Origin: Heptranchias perlo
Taxonomy: Eukaryota
Length of the DNA stretch: 64,000 nucleotides
Assembly (NCBI RefSeq): GCF_035084215.1
Contig: NC_090345.1
Coordinates: forward strand, 33,542,001 to 33,606,000
Reading direction: 5' to 3'
Below the pieces are notes generated by a model. That model worked only from the letters and a program-made list of their open reading frames with translations. It was not told the origin of the DNA and ran no database searches. Made by a program: the position numbers and the translations under genes. Below are positions 1 to 9,907 of the stretch, one piece after another (position 1 is the stretch's first letter; every line of letters begins with the position of its first letter).

Positions 1-680
1 TGCAGCAAGACCTGGACAACATCCAGGCTTGGGCTGATAAATGGCAAATAACATTCGCGCCTGACAAGTGCCAGGCAATGACCATCTCCAACAAGAGAGA
101 GTCTAACCACCTCCCCTTGATATTCAACGGCATTACCATCACCGAATCCCCCACCATCAACATCCTGGGGGTCACCATTGACCAGAAACTTAACTGGACC
201 AGCCACATAAATACTGTGGATACAAGAGCAGGTCAGAGGCTGGGGATTCTGCAGCGAATGACTCACCTCCTGACTCCCCAAAGCCTTTCCACCATCTACA
301 AGGCACAAGTCAGGAGTGTGATGGAATACTCTCCACTTGCCTGGATGAGTGCAGCTCCAACAACACTCAAGAAGCTCAACACCATCCAGGACAAAGCAGC
401 CCACTTGATTGGCACCCCGTCCATCACCCTAAACATTCACACCCTCCACAGTGTGTACCATCTACAGGATGCACTGCAGCAACTTGCCAAGGCTTCTTCA
501 ACAGCACCTCCCAAACCCGCGACCTCTACCACCTAGAAGGACAAGGGCAGCAGGCACATGGGAACAACACCACCTGCACGTTCCCCTCCAAGTCACACAC
601 CATCCTGACTTGGAAATATATCACCAATGCTTCATCGTCGCAGGGTCAAAATCCTGGAACTCCCTACCTAATAGCACTGT
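1..680 (+). mobile_element. CR1/L2-group LINE fragment (family B), C-terminal RT region
   Basis: QQDLDNIQAWADKWQ...ILGVTIDQKLNWTSHI...IYKAQVRSVMEYSPLAW. Near-identical to the copies at 15.7-16.8 kb and 42.0-42.8 kb. Frameshifted and truncated. Confidence 0.85.
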
Positions 681-943
681 TAATAAAGCATACGGGATCC
701 TGGGCTTTATAACTAGAGACATAGGGGTAAATTTTGACCCCCAAGAACGGGTGGGTAGTAACACTCCTGTTTCCAGAGCGGGACTGCATCCTGGCTTCAA
801 AGAGCCTATCCAGGTTTGACCCACACCCATTTGGATGCGCGCGCTTCTGACACCCGGAAGTCCCGTCGGCACTTAAAGCCAGCGGGATGATATTTAAAAG
901 GACCAATTGAAATATTTAAAGTACTTAAAGAAGTTAACTTTTT

Positions 944-1905
944 GTGAGCCTCCTGGACCTCTCTGAGGAGCAGTGTCTACGAAGGCTCAGATTAAGTCGC
1001 CAGATGGTCGCAGACATCTGCAGGTTCCTTCATGCAGAGCTGCTCCCAGCTGGGCCTGGTGGCCATGCATTGCCCGTCGCAGTTAAAGTCACCACTGCCC
1101 TCAATTTCTTCACCCCCGGATCCTTCCAGGGTGCCACTGGTGACATCACCGGGGTCTCTCAGTCGTCTGCACATAAGTGTATGCAACAGGTCATGGATGG
1201 GTTGTTTGCCAGGGTATCAGATTAAGTCAACTTCCCCTGCGACGATTGAGAGGGCAGTGGGTTTCCACTTTCTGGCTGGCTTCCCACGGGTGCAGGGCAC
1301 AATTGATTGCACACACGTAGCAATCTGAGGACTTGCACGTGAGCCAGGACTGTTCATCAACCGAGAGGGATATCACTCCATCAACGAGCAGCTGGTTTGC
1401 GACCACCGGAGGTGGTTTCTGCAGGTGTGTGCCAGATTTCCTGGCAGCTGCTGGCAAATGATTCCTTCATTTTGCACCAGTCCAACATCCCAGCCCTCTT
1501 CCAACACACAAAACAGACTTAAGGGATGGTGCCTTGGAGATAAAGGATATCCCGTGCAGATGTGGTTCATGACACCTCTGAGAAACCCCACTATTGAGGC
1601 ACTGCAGCGGTACAATGACAGTCACATCACCACCAGGTCTGTCAGTGAACACGCTATTGGAATGCTCAAAAAGCGCTTCAGGTGCCTGTATTGATCTGGG
1701 GGATCTCTTCGGTACTCATCGGCGAGGGTGCGTTGCGTCCTGCAGACCGTCGCTCAACAGAGGGTTACAGGTGGAGGCGCTCTCGTACTTATGAAGCATT
1801 TGCATCTGCCAGCAATTTTGAAGAAGAGGAGGAGGAAGATGGGCAACCCATTGGCAGAGCAGTGGCACACCTGGCTGCTCGTGATGCCAGGGAGTCACTC
1901 ATATC
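944..1905 (+). pseudogene. Harbinger (HARBI1-like) DDE transposase, disrupted; last codons resume at 6311-6326
   Basis: Motifs across frames: VKVTTALNFF..GSFQ, FPRVQGTIDCTHVAI, CLGDKGYP, RSVSEHAIGMLKKRFRCL. Contains stops and frameshifts. The 5' end is deleted relative to the copy at 59.9-61.1 kb. Confidence 0.88.
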
Positions 1906-2317
1906 CGGCGGAGGGGCATTGTGGGAGAGGAGCCGAGCCGAGCGGAGGGAGCGTCCGATAAAAGGCGGGATTTCAGAGCGCTGAGAGGAGCCGAGCGGAG
2001 CTGCGACCGAGTTCGAAGTGACGTCAGGAATCAGATCGGGACGCGACACAGGGGAGGCACCTGATTGGTGAGTAGGTTCAGGTGAGTATTTCTACTTATC
2101 TACAGTAACTAAAGTAAAAGGAAAGGGAAGGTCTGCAGGTCTTATAGGAAGTAGCGTTTATTTTTTAGTGAATCAAGGTCCCTAGTGTAGTTAACATTCT
2201 CTAAATTGAGAACAATTTAAAGGAGTAAACTCCTTAAAGGGAGTGGTAAGTAGTTTTTCTTTCCTTTTTTTTCTCTTGACATTGTAGTTGTTCTTAAGCT
2301 AATTTAAGGGTTAAGTC

Positions 2318-3265
2318 ATGGCAGGAGATCCCAGGGCCGTGTCATGTTCCTCTTGTGGGATGTGGGAATTCAGGGCTCCTTCCTGTATCCCTGATTCCTT
2401 CACCTGCGGGAAGTGTGTCCAGCTGCAGCTATTGTTTGACCGCTTGACGGCTCTGGAGCTGCGGATGGACTCACTTTGGAGCATCCGCGATGCTGAGAAA
2501 GTCGTGGATAGCACGTTCAGTGAGTTGGTCACACCGCAGATAAAAATTACTGAGGGAGATAGTGAATGGGTGACCAACAGACAGAGGAAGAGTAGGAAGG
2601 CAGTGCAGGGGTCCCCTGCGGTCATCTCCCTCCAAAACAGGTATACCGTTTTGGATACTGTTGGGGGAGATGGCTCACCAGGGGAAGGTGGCAGTGGCCA
2701 GGTTCATGGCACCGTGGCTGGCTCTGCTGCACAGGAGGGCAGGAAAAAGAGTGGCAGAGCTATAGTGATAGGGGACTCGATTGTAAGGGGAATAGACAGG
2801 CGTTTCTGCGGACGCAACCGAGACTCCAGGATGGTATGTTGCCTCCCTGGTGCAAGGGTCAAGGATGTCTCGGAGCGGCTGCAGGACATTCTGGAGGGGG
2901 AGGGTGAACAGCCAGTTGTCGTGGTGCATATAGGCACCAACGATATAGGTAAAAAACAGGATGAGGTCCTACAAGCTGAATTTAGGGAGTTAGGAGTTAA
3001 ACTAATGAGTAGGACCTCAAAGGTAGTAATCTCAGGATTGCTACCAGTGCCACGGGCTAGTCAGAGTAGGAATGACAGGATAGCTAAGATGAATACGTGG
3101 CTTGAGAGATGGTGCAAGAGGGAGGGATTCAAATTCCTGGGCCATTGGAACCGGTTCTGGGGGAGGTGGGACCAGTACAAATTGGACGGTCTGCATCTGG
3201 GCAGGACTGGAACCAATGTCCTAGGGGGAGTGTTTGCCAGTGCTGTTGGGGAGGGTTTAAACTAA
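2318..3265 (+). CDS. CR1 ORF1: CxxC...CxxC zinc finger, leucine zipper and SGNH/GDSL esterase
   Basis: 315 aa. CSSC..CGKC, heptad LLFDRLTALELRM, and esterase blocks VIGDSIVR, CLPGA, HIGTND, DGLH. Confidence 0.93.
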   Translation: MAGDPRAVSCSSCGMWEFRAPSCIPDSFTCGKCVQLQLLFDRLTALELRMDSLWSIRDAEKVVDSTFSELVTPQIKITEGDSEWVTNRQRKSRKAVQGSPAVISLQNRYTVLDTVGGDGSPGEGGSGQVHGTVAGSAAQEGRKKSGRAIVIGDSIVRGIDRRFCGRNRDSRMVCCLPGARVKDVSERLQDILEGEGEQPVVVVHIGTNDIGKKQDEVLQAEFRELGVKLMSRTSKVVISGLLPVPRASQSRNDRIAKMNTWLERWCKREGFKFLGHWNRFWGRWDQYKLDGLHLGRTGTNVLGGVFASAVGEGLN

Positions 3266-6213
3266 TGTGGCAGGGGGATGGGAACCGATGCAGGAAGTCA
3301 GTGGGAAATAAAGTGGTGACAGAAACAAAAGGCAGTAAGGGAGAGTGTACAGAACATGACCGGACAGATGGTCTGAGAAAGCAGGGCAAAGACCAAGGGA
3401 AGTCTAGATTAAACTGCATTTATTTCAATGCAAGAAGTCTGATGGGCAAGGCAGATGAACTCAGGGCATGGATGGGTACATGGGACTGGGATGTTATAGC
3501 TATTACTGAAACATGGCTAAGGGAGGGGCAGGACTGGCAGCTCAATGTTCCAGGGTACAGATGCTATAGGAAAGATAGAGCAGGAGGTAAGAGAGGAGGG
3601 GGAGTTGCGTTCTTGATTAGGGAGAACATCACGGCAGTAGTGAGAGGGGATATATCCGAGGGTTCGCCCACTGAGTCTATATGGGTAGAACTGAAAAATA
3701 AGAAGGGAGAGATCACTTTGATCGGATTGTACTACAGACCCCCAAATAGTCAACGGGAAATTGAGGAGCAAATATGTAAGGAGATTACAGACAGCTGCAA
3801 GAAAAATAGGGTGGTAATAGTAGGGGACTTTAACTTTCCCAACATTGACTGGGACAGCCATAGCATTAGGGGCTTGGATGGAGAGAAATTTGTTGAGTGT
3901 ATTCAGGAGGAATTTCTCATTCAGTATGTGGATGGCCCGACTAGAGAGGGGGCAAAACTTGACCTCCTCTTGGGAAATAAGGAAGGGCAGGTGACAGAAG
4001 TGTTAGTGAGGGATCACTTTGGGACCAGTGATCATAATTCCATTAGTTTTAAGATAGCTATGGAGAAGGATAGGTCTGGCCCAAAAGTTAAAATTCTAAA
4101 TTGGGGAAAGGCCAATTTTGATGGTATTAGACAGGAACTTTCAGAAGTTGATTGGGAGAGTCTGTTGGCAGGCAAAGGGACGTCTGGTAAGTGGGAGGCT
4201 TTCAAAAGTGTGTTAACCAGGGTTCAGGGTAAGCACATTCCTTATAAAGTGAAGGGCAAGGCTGGTAGAAGTAGGGAACCTTGGATGACTCGGGAGATTG
4301 AGGCCCTAGTCAAAAAGAAGAAGGAGGCATATGACATGCATAGGCAGCTGGGATCAAGTGGATCCCTTGAAGAGTATAGAGATTGCCGGAGTAGAGTTAA
4401 GAGAGAAATCAGGAGGGCAAAAAGGGGATATGAGATTGCTTTGGCAGATCAGGCAAAGGTGAATCCAAAGAGCTTCTACAAATACATAAAGGGCAAAAGG
4501 GTAACTAGGGAGAGAGTAGGGCCTCTTAAGGATCAACAAGGTCATCTATGTGCGGAACCACAAGAGATGGGTGAGATCCTGAATGAATATTTCACATCGG
4601 TATTTACGGTTGAGAAAGGCATGGATGTTAGGGAACTTGGGGAAATAAATAGTGATGTCTTGAGGAGTGTACATATTACAGAGAGGGAGGTGCTGGAAGT
4701 CTTAACGCGCATCAAGGTAGATAAATCTCCGGGACCTGATGAAATGTATCCCAGGACGTTATGGGAGGTTAGGGAGGAAATTGCGGGTCCCCTAGCAGAG
4801 ATATTTGAATCATCCACCGCTACAGGTGAGGTGCCTGAAGATTGGAGGGTAGCAAATGTTGTGCCTTTGTTTAAGAAGGGCGGCAGGGAAAAGCCTGGGA
4901 ACTACAGACCAGTGAGCCTGACATCTGTAGTGGGTAAGTTGTTAGAGGGTATTCTGAGGGACAGGATCTACAGGCATTTGGAGAGGCAGGGACTAATTAG
5001 GAACAGTCAGCATGGTTTTGTGAGAGGAAAATCATGTCTCACGAATTTGATTGAGTTTTTTGAAGGGGTAACCATGAAGATAGATGAGGGCTGTGCAGTA
5101 GACGTGGTCTACATGGACTTCAGCAAAGCATTTGACAAGGTACCGCATGGTAGGTTGTTACATAAGGTTAAATCTCATGGGATCCAAGGTGAGGTAGCCA
5201 ATTGGATACAAAATTGGCTTGACGACAAAAGACAGAGGGTGGTTGTAGAGGGTTGTTTTTCAAACTGGATGCCTGTGTCCAGCGGTGTGCCTCAGGGATC
5301 GGTGCTGGGTCCGCTGTTATTTGTTATTTATATTAATGATTTGGATGAGAATTTAGGAGGCATGGTTAGTAAGTTTGCAGATGACACCAAGATTGGTGGC
5401 ATTGTGGACAGTGAAGAAGGTTATCTAGGATTGCAACGGGATCTTGATAAATTGGGCCAGTGGGCCGATGAATGGCAGATGGAGTTTAATTTAGATAAAT
5501 GTGAGGTGATGCATTTTGGTAGATCGAATCGGGCCAGGACCTACTCCGTTAATGGTAGGGCATTGGGGAGAGTTATAGAACAAAGAGATCTGGGAGTACA
5601 GATTCATAGCTCCTTGAAAGTGGAGTCACAGGTGGATAGGGTAGTGAAGAAGGCATTCAGCATGCTTGGTTTCATTGGTCAGAACATTGAATGCAGGAGT
5701 TGGGATGTCTTGTTGAAGTTGTACAGGGCATTGGTGAGGCCACACTTGGAGTACTGTGTACAGTTCTGGTCACCCTATTATAGAAAGGATATTATTAAAC
5801 TAGAAAGAGTGCAGAAAAGATTTACTAGGATGCTACCGGGACTTGATGGTTTGACTTACAGGGAGAGGTTAGACAGACTGGGACTTTTTTCCCTGGAGAG
5901 CAGGAGGTTAAGGGGTGATCTTATCGAAGTCTATAAAATAATGAGGGGCATAGATAAGGTCGATAGTCAAAATCTTTTCCCAAAGGTAGGGGAGTCTATA
6001 ACGAGGGGGCATAGATTTAAGGTGAGAGGGGAGAGATACAAAAGGGTCCAGAGGGGCAATTTTTTCACTCAAAGGGTGGTGAGTGTCTGGAACGAGCTGC
6101 CAGAGGCAGTAGTAGAGGCGGGTACAATTTTGTCTTTTAAAAAGCATTTGGACAGTTACATGGGTAAGATGGGTATGGAGGGATATGGGCCAAGTGCAGG
6201 CAATTGGGACTAG
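3265..6213 (+). CDS. CR1 ORF2: APE endonuclease plus reverse transcriptase
   Basis: Uninterrupted frame. APE motifs YFNARSL, ITETWL, GDFN, SDH. RT motifs [25 protein letters not shown]. An in-frame ATG overlaps the ORF1 stop (TAATG); the true start mechanism is uncertain. Confidence 0.93.
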   Translation: MWQGDGNRCRKSVGNKVVTETKGSKGECTEHDRTDGLRKQGKDQGKSRLNCIYFNARSLMGKADELRAWMGTWDWDVIAITETWLREGQDWQLNVPGYRCYRKDRAGGKRGGGVAFLIRENITAVVRGDISEGSPTESIWVELKNKKGEITLIGLYYRPPNSQREIEEQICKEITDSCKKNRVVIVGDFNFPNIDWDSHSIRGLDGEKFVECIQEEFLIQYVDGPTREGAKLDLLLGNKEGQVTEVLVRDHFGTSDHNSISFKIAMEKDRSGPKVKILNWGKANFDGIRQELSEVDWESLLAGKGTSGKWEAFKSVLTRVQGKHIPYKVKGKAGRSREPWMTREIEALVKKKKEAYDMHRQLGSSGSLEEYRDCRSRVKREIRRAKRGYEIALADQAKVNPKSFYKYIKGKRVTRERVGPLKDQQGHLCAEPQEMGEILNEYFTSVFTVEKGMDVRELGEINSDVLRSVHITEREVLEVLTRIKVDKSPGPDEMYPRTLWEVREEIAGPLAEIFESSTATGEVPEDWRVANVVPLFKKGGREKPGNYRPVSLTSVVGKLLEGILRDRIYRHLERQGLIRNSQHGFVRGKSCLTNLIEFFEGVTMKIDEGCAVDVVYMDFSKAFDKVPHGRLLHKVKSHGIQGEVANWIQNWLDDKRQRVVVEGCFSNWMPVSSGVPQGSVLGPLLFVIYINDLDENLGGMVSKFADDTKIGGIVDSEEGYLGLQRDLDKLGQWADEWQMEFNLDKCEVMHFGRSNRARTYSVNGRALGRVIEQRDLGVQIHSSLKVESQVDRVVKKAFSMLGFIGQNIECRSWDVLLKLYRALVRPHLEYCVQFWSPYYRKDIIKLERVQKRFTRMLPGLDGLTYRERLDRLGLFSLESRRLRGDLIEVYKIMRGIDKVDSQNLFPKVGESITRGHRFKVRGERYKRVQRGNFFTQRVVSVWNELPEAVVEAGTILSFKKHLDSYMGKMGMEGYGPSAGNWD

Positions 6214-8153
6214 CTTAGTGGTATAAACTGGGCGACATGGACATGTTGGGCCGAAGGGCCTGTTTCCATGTTGTAACTTCTATGATTCTATGATTCTATG
6301 ATTCTATATCTAATAGATTCTCATGAGGAGATCTGCAAACTGAAGACAGTGAACTACTCAGGCCGCCTGGAACAACCACTACCACCAACACCAGCCACTC
6401 CTCCCCTCCGCTTGCACAAAACAGTCCTACAACCACACATACACCCATTGTAAATGCACCCAATGGGTGGCACCAAGTCTTGCCATTCATGATGCAGCAC
6501 GGAGCGCTTTCACAATAGGGACTCAAGAATGGACAAGACGTGGCAGTGGTGGTGACAATTATAACATTTAATGTGCTTATAAAGAAAAAACATGAAAATA
6601 TATAAATGAAAAACATGACATCTTGTCAGACACCCTTGTGCATACCCTTGGGGATTACAAAACCTTAGCCTTCCTCTTCCTAGCGCTTCTACATCGATCA
6701 TCCTCCTATGGCTTCTGTAGAGGTATTGGCAGGTTGCTCAGATCCCTGCCCTGACTACTGAGATGCTCTTGGCTATGCCCTTTGCAGGCACCACCAAAGG
6801 CAGCTCTACCTGTACCTGTGCAGGGGCAGACTTGGCCATCGGGAGAGAAGGCAACATTGCAGGTACTGGTTGGGGGGGGGGGGGCAAACAGGTGAGACGT
6901 GGGAACACTTTGAGTGAAGTCCCCACTTCCATGTCACCTTTTACCATCATCCCTCCCCAGGGCCACAGCCATGGCCATATCACTCCTATCACTCTGCTGG
7001 ACAACAACTTGGAGCACATCTGTGACGCGTTGTAAGGCCACTGCTAAAGTATGTTTGCCTGTTTAAGGCAGCAGAAAGGTTAGCATCCAGAGTCTGCATG
7101 GTCGTTATCATAGCCTGAATGGACTCATTTGAGAGTCATGCTTGAAGCTCAATGGAGGCTGCTATTCTCTCCATTGCAGGCATTCCCACACTTACCTGCG
7201 CCACCATTCCACTAATGCTGGAAGTGGACTCCACCATCCTCTCTGTTATTGTGGAGAGTGTGCATGGCACTTTTTCCAGTACCTCGCAAAGGTGCAGCTG
7301 TACCTTGATCATTCTCAACGATGGCCTGCAGGGTTCAGCATCTGCATCCAGCTAAGCAGAGCTTTGAGAAGAATGCGCTCCCTGATGCGGACTCTCCACA
7401 GCTGCCCCTGCCATGAGTGTCTGCTCGTGCTCAATTGAGAGTGGTGAATCACCAGGTGATAACCAACTATCTGCCTAACAGGACCCACTGACGTATGAGT
7501 ATCTGCGCTGGTACATGGCTGGATGTGATGTGACGGTGCACCCTCAGAGGCATGGAGCTTGTCTGAGGAATCATCCTCGTCCATGTCAAGTGCCACTTCA
7601 TCAATCCTTGAAGGCCCTGGAGGAGAACATAAAGCAATATTAAGAATCATCACAGAAGTTAATTTGCAATGAGCACACGGAGGTGTGCAACAGGTCAATC
7701 ATTGATAACAACAATTCATGATGTGTGTGAAGGATGTTAAAGTTCTATCACGAGATGTTTGCAGGGTACCAGTCTCAGCATCTCCGACAGCCAGCATTCA
7801 ACACTCTCTCCTCCTAAAAGGGGAGAAAGAGAAGATGTGTGAGGGAGTGAGGATGACAGGGTCACCCGATGGATACATTGCTTTGGGTGAGGCTGACAAT
7901 GAAGGAGATGCATCAGAGGGTGATAATCAGACAAATTCATGACATTGCATCAGGATTGGGGTGAGTGGGAGTGGTGGGTTCACAAATGGGGAGGTGAGGA
8001 AGTGCACAGGAGGTGAAGGCAAGTTGATAATGAGATTTAAGTGGGTGTGAGGAGTGATGTGATGGAGTAGGCTTGGCAAGACAGTGGGGGGTTAATAGGA
8101 ACATAGGGTTAATGTGCACCACAGGATGTAGGTGAATCAGTAACTGTACTCAC

Positions 8154-8393
8154 TTTTCCTGACCTGGTTAAATCATTAAAGCGCTTCCTGCACTGCACCC
8201 ATGTCCTCGTGATGGTGCTCCTGCTGCTCAGCTCCTCTACCACCTTGAGCCAGGCCTTCTTGGTGGCAGAGGCAGAGCACTTCCTGCGATCAGCCGGGTA
8301 CAGTATATCCCTCCTGCTCCTCACACCGGTCAGTAGCAACTCAAGTGAAGAGTCAGTAAACCGGGGTGCCTGCTTCGTCCTTTGTTGCTCGAT
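8154..8393 (-). pseudogene. Harbinger Myb/SANT-like DNA-binding gene, exon 1; degenerate downstream exons run to about 6740
   Basis: EQQRTKQAPRFTDSSLELLLTGVRSRRDILYP...KKAWLKVVEEL..RTWVQCRKRFNDLTRSGK|gtgagt. The start codon reads ATC, whereas the homologous copy has ATG at 59258. Confidence 0.82.
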
Positions 8394-8640
8394 GTCTTTA
8401 AATTCCTCCTTTCGCCCTCAAAATCCATGGTTGCAATGTCCCTTTAAATACTCCAGTTCACATCACGTCATTCGGGTGCACAGCTTGGAGATGCAAGACC
8501 CGGAAGTCACATTAAGGGCCTTCAATTGACTCGCGATTGCTCGAGACAACACACCCAAAATTTTTCCGGGTTTCCCACACATGTATTGACCCCCCCCCCA
8601 CCCCTCCCAGAGTTCCCGCCAGTATGTTAGAATTTACCCC

Positions 8641-9200
8641 ATGGAGTGCAAAAGCAAGGATGTTATGCTAAACCTTTAGGTTTCACCAATTCTGGGCACA
8701 TTACTTTAGGAAGGATGTCAAGGCCTTGGAGAGGATGCGGAGGTGATATACTAGAATGGTACCACAGATGAGGGACTTCAATTATGTGGATAAACTAGAG
8801 AAACTGGGATGGTTCTCCTCAGAGTAGAAAAGGTTAAGGTGAGATTTAATAGAGGTATTCAAAAATTATGAAGGTTTTTGAACGAGTAGATAGGGAGAAA
8901 CTGTTTCCACTGACAGGCGGGTAACTAGAGGACGCAGATTTTCGGAAATTGGCAAAGGAACCAAGTGGGAGATGAGGAGAAATTTTTTTAAACGTAGTCT
9001 GGAATGCACTGCCTGAAAGGGTGGTGGAAGCAGATTCAATAATAACTTTCAAAAGGGAGTTGGATAAAAACTTGAAAAGGAAAACTTTACAGAGCTATGG
9101 GGAAAGTGCAGTGGAATGGGACTGATTGGATTGCTCTTTCAAAGAGCCGGCACAGGCACGATGGGCCGAATGTTGTTCTTCTGTGCTGTAAGATTCTATT
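8641..9200 (+). mobile_element. 5'-truncated CR1 3' end (continues 681-723)
   Basis: RT C-terminal remnant, gggccgaatg stem and gattctat tail. Confidence 0.85.
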
Positions 9201-9519
9201 AAAAACTATTATATATAAAATTAAATGAAAATAAATTTAAAAATGTATATAGCTGCTGATTTTTTGAATTTTGTGGGTGCCACTTCTAACATCAGGAACA
9301 CCTGCCCCGCACAACCCTGCTCTACATTCCCCTCCCAGCCTCTTACCCTCCTCTAACCCAACTTTACCCCCACTCTGCCTTCCCTTTCACCCCACAATGC
9401 TCTAAGTTCCTCTTATAAGGTCTATATTTCTGCATCACAGTCCTCTATCACCTCCAAGTCCAGTTATTCCCCACCCTGTATCCTAGGGTTGCCAACCCTC
9501 CCAGGTTGCACAGGAGTCC

Positions 9520-9840
9520 CACAAAACGGACGACCGATCTCCCAGGCGCTGCTGGTGACCTGGGAGGAAAGTACTTTAGTGTTCTGGTTCACGCCTGCGC
9601 TCCTCCGACGGCCCGAACTGTCAATTCCCACCCAGCACCATCCTGCCTACCTCCGTAGAGCCGGAGGCGTAGTCTATCGCCAGGTTAAACAATCCCCCGC
9701 TGGAACATCCCTCGTGGTTGGCCGCTGGTCCCACACCCGCTGCCCTTGCGTTTGCCTGCGAGGCAGCTTGCCGCACTTCCTGTGAAGTCACAGCACTCGA
9801 GCGGAGGAAGTTCGTAGCCCACCGTGCTGGTTTTAGTGCC
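9520..9840 (+). promoter_or_regulatory. CpG-island-like promoter with ETS-type sites
   Basis: About 28 CpG (hand count) in 9520-9900 against a CpG-poor background. CACTTCC near 9774 and GGAAGT near 9806 lie just upstream of gccATG. Confidence 0.55.
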
Positions 9841-9907
9841 ATGAGCCAGCAGGAACGGGACGACCCGTACCTGGTGGAGGAGCCAAGTGACGAGGTGGAT
9901 TTTCAAG
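9841..9907 (+). CDS. EAPP-like first coding exon, isolated (no other EAPP exons found)
   Basis: gtgccATG...TTT CAA G|gtaagt = MSQQERDDPYLVEEPSDEVDFQ(G). DPYLVEEPSDE matches the recalled human EAPP N-terminus DPYAVEEPSDE at 10/11, at nearly the same distance from Met. Consensus donor. Confidence 0.6.

Larger units (their letters stand above)
1906..6305 (+). mobile_element. Full-length CR1 LINE with two intact ORFs
   Basis: CpG-rich 5' UTR, ORF1, ORF2, 3' stem-loop gggccgaagggcct and (ATTCTATG)n tail. TSD ATATC at 1901-1905 and 6306-6310. Removing it restores the transposase end ESLISNRFS*. Confidence 0.95.
724..8640 (+). mobile_element. PIF/Harbinger DNA transposon 1 (transposase on +, Myb/SANT gene on -), interrupted by a full-length CR1
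   Basis: TIRs GGGGTAAATT(724)...AATTTACCCC(8640). 3-bp TSD ATA(721-723)/ATG(8641-8643). It splits a CR1 RT fragment (agagac-ata|...|atg-gagtgcaaaagcaagg). Confidence 0.88.

Noticed and set aside
3109-3264. ORF2 N-terminal extension starting at 3109 as listed in the ORF track
   Set aside because: It overlaps ORF1 by 52 codons, has no recognisable motif and lies far from the 5' end. The junction signals at 3253-3267 explain ORF2 expression better, but use of this start is not excluded.
944-8393. Domesticated HARBI1/NAIF1 host genes
   Set aside because: Multiple stops and frameshifts, flanking TIRs and TSD, and several related copies in the window.
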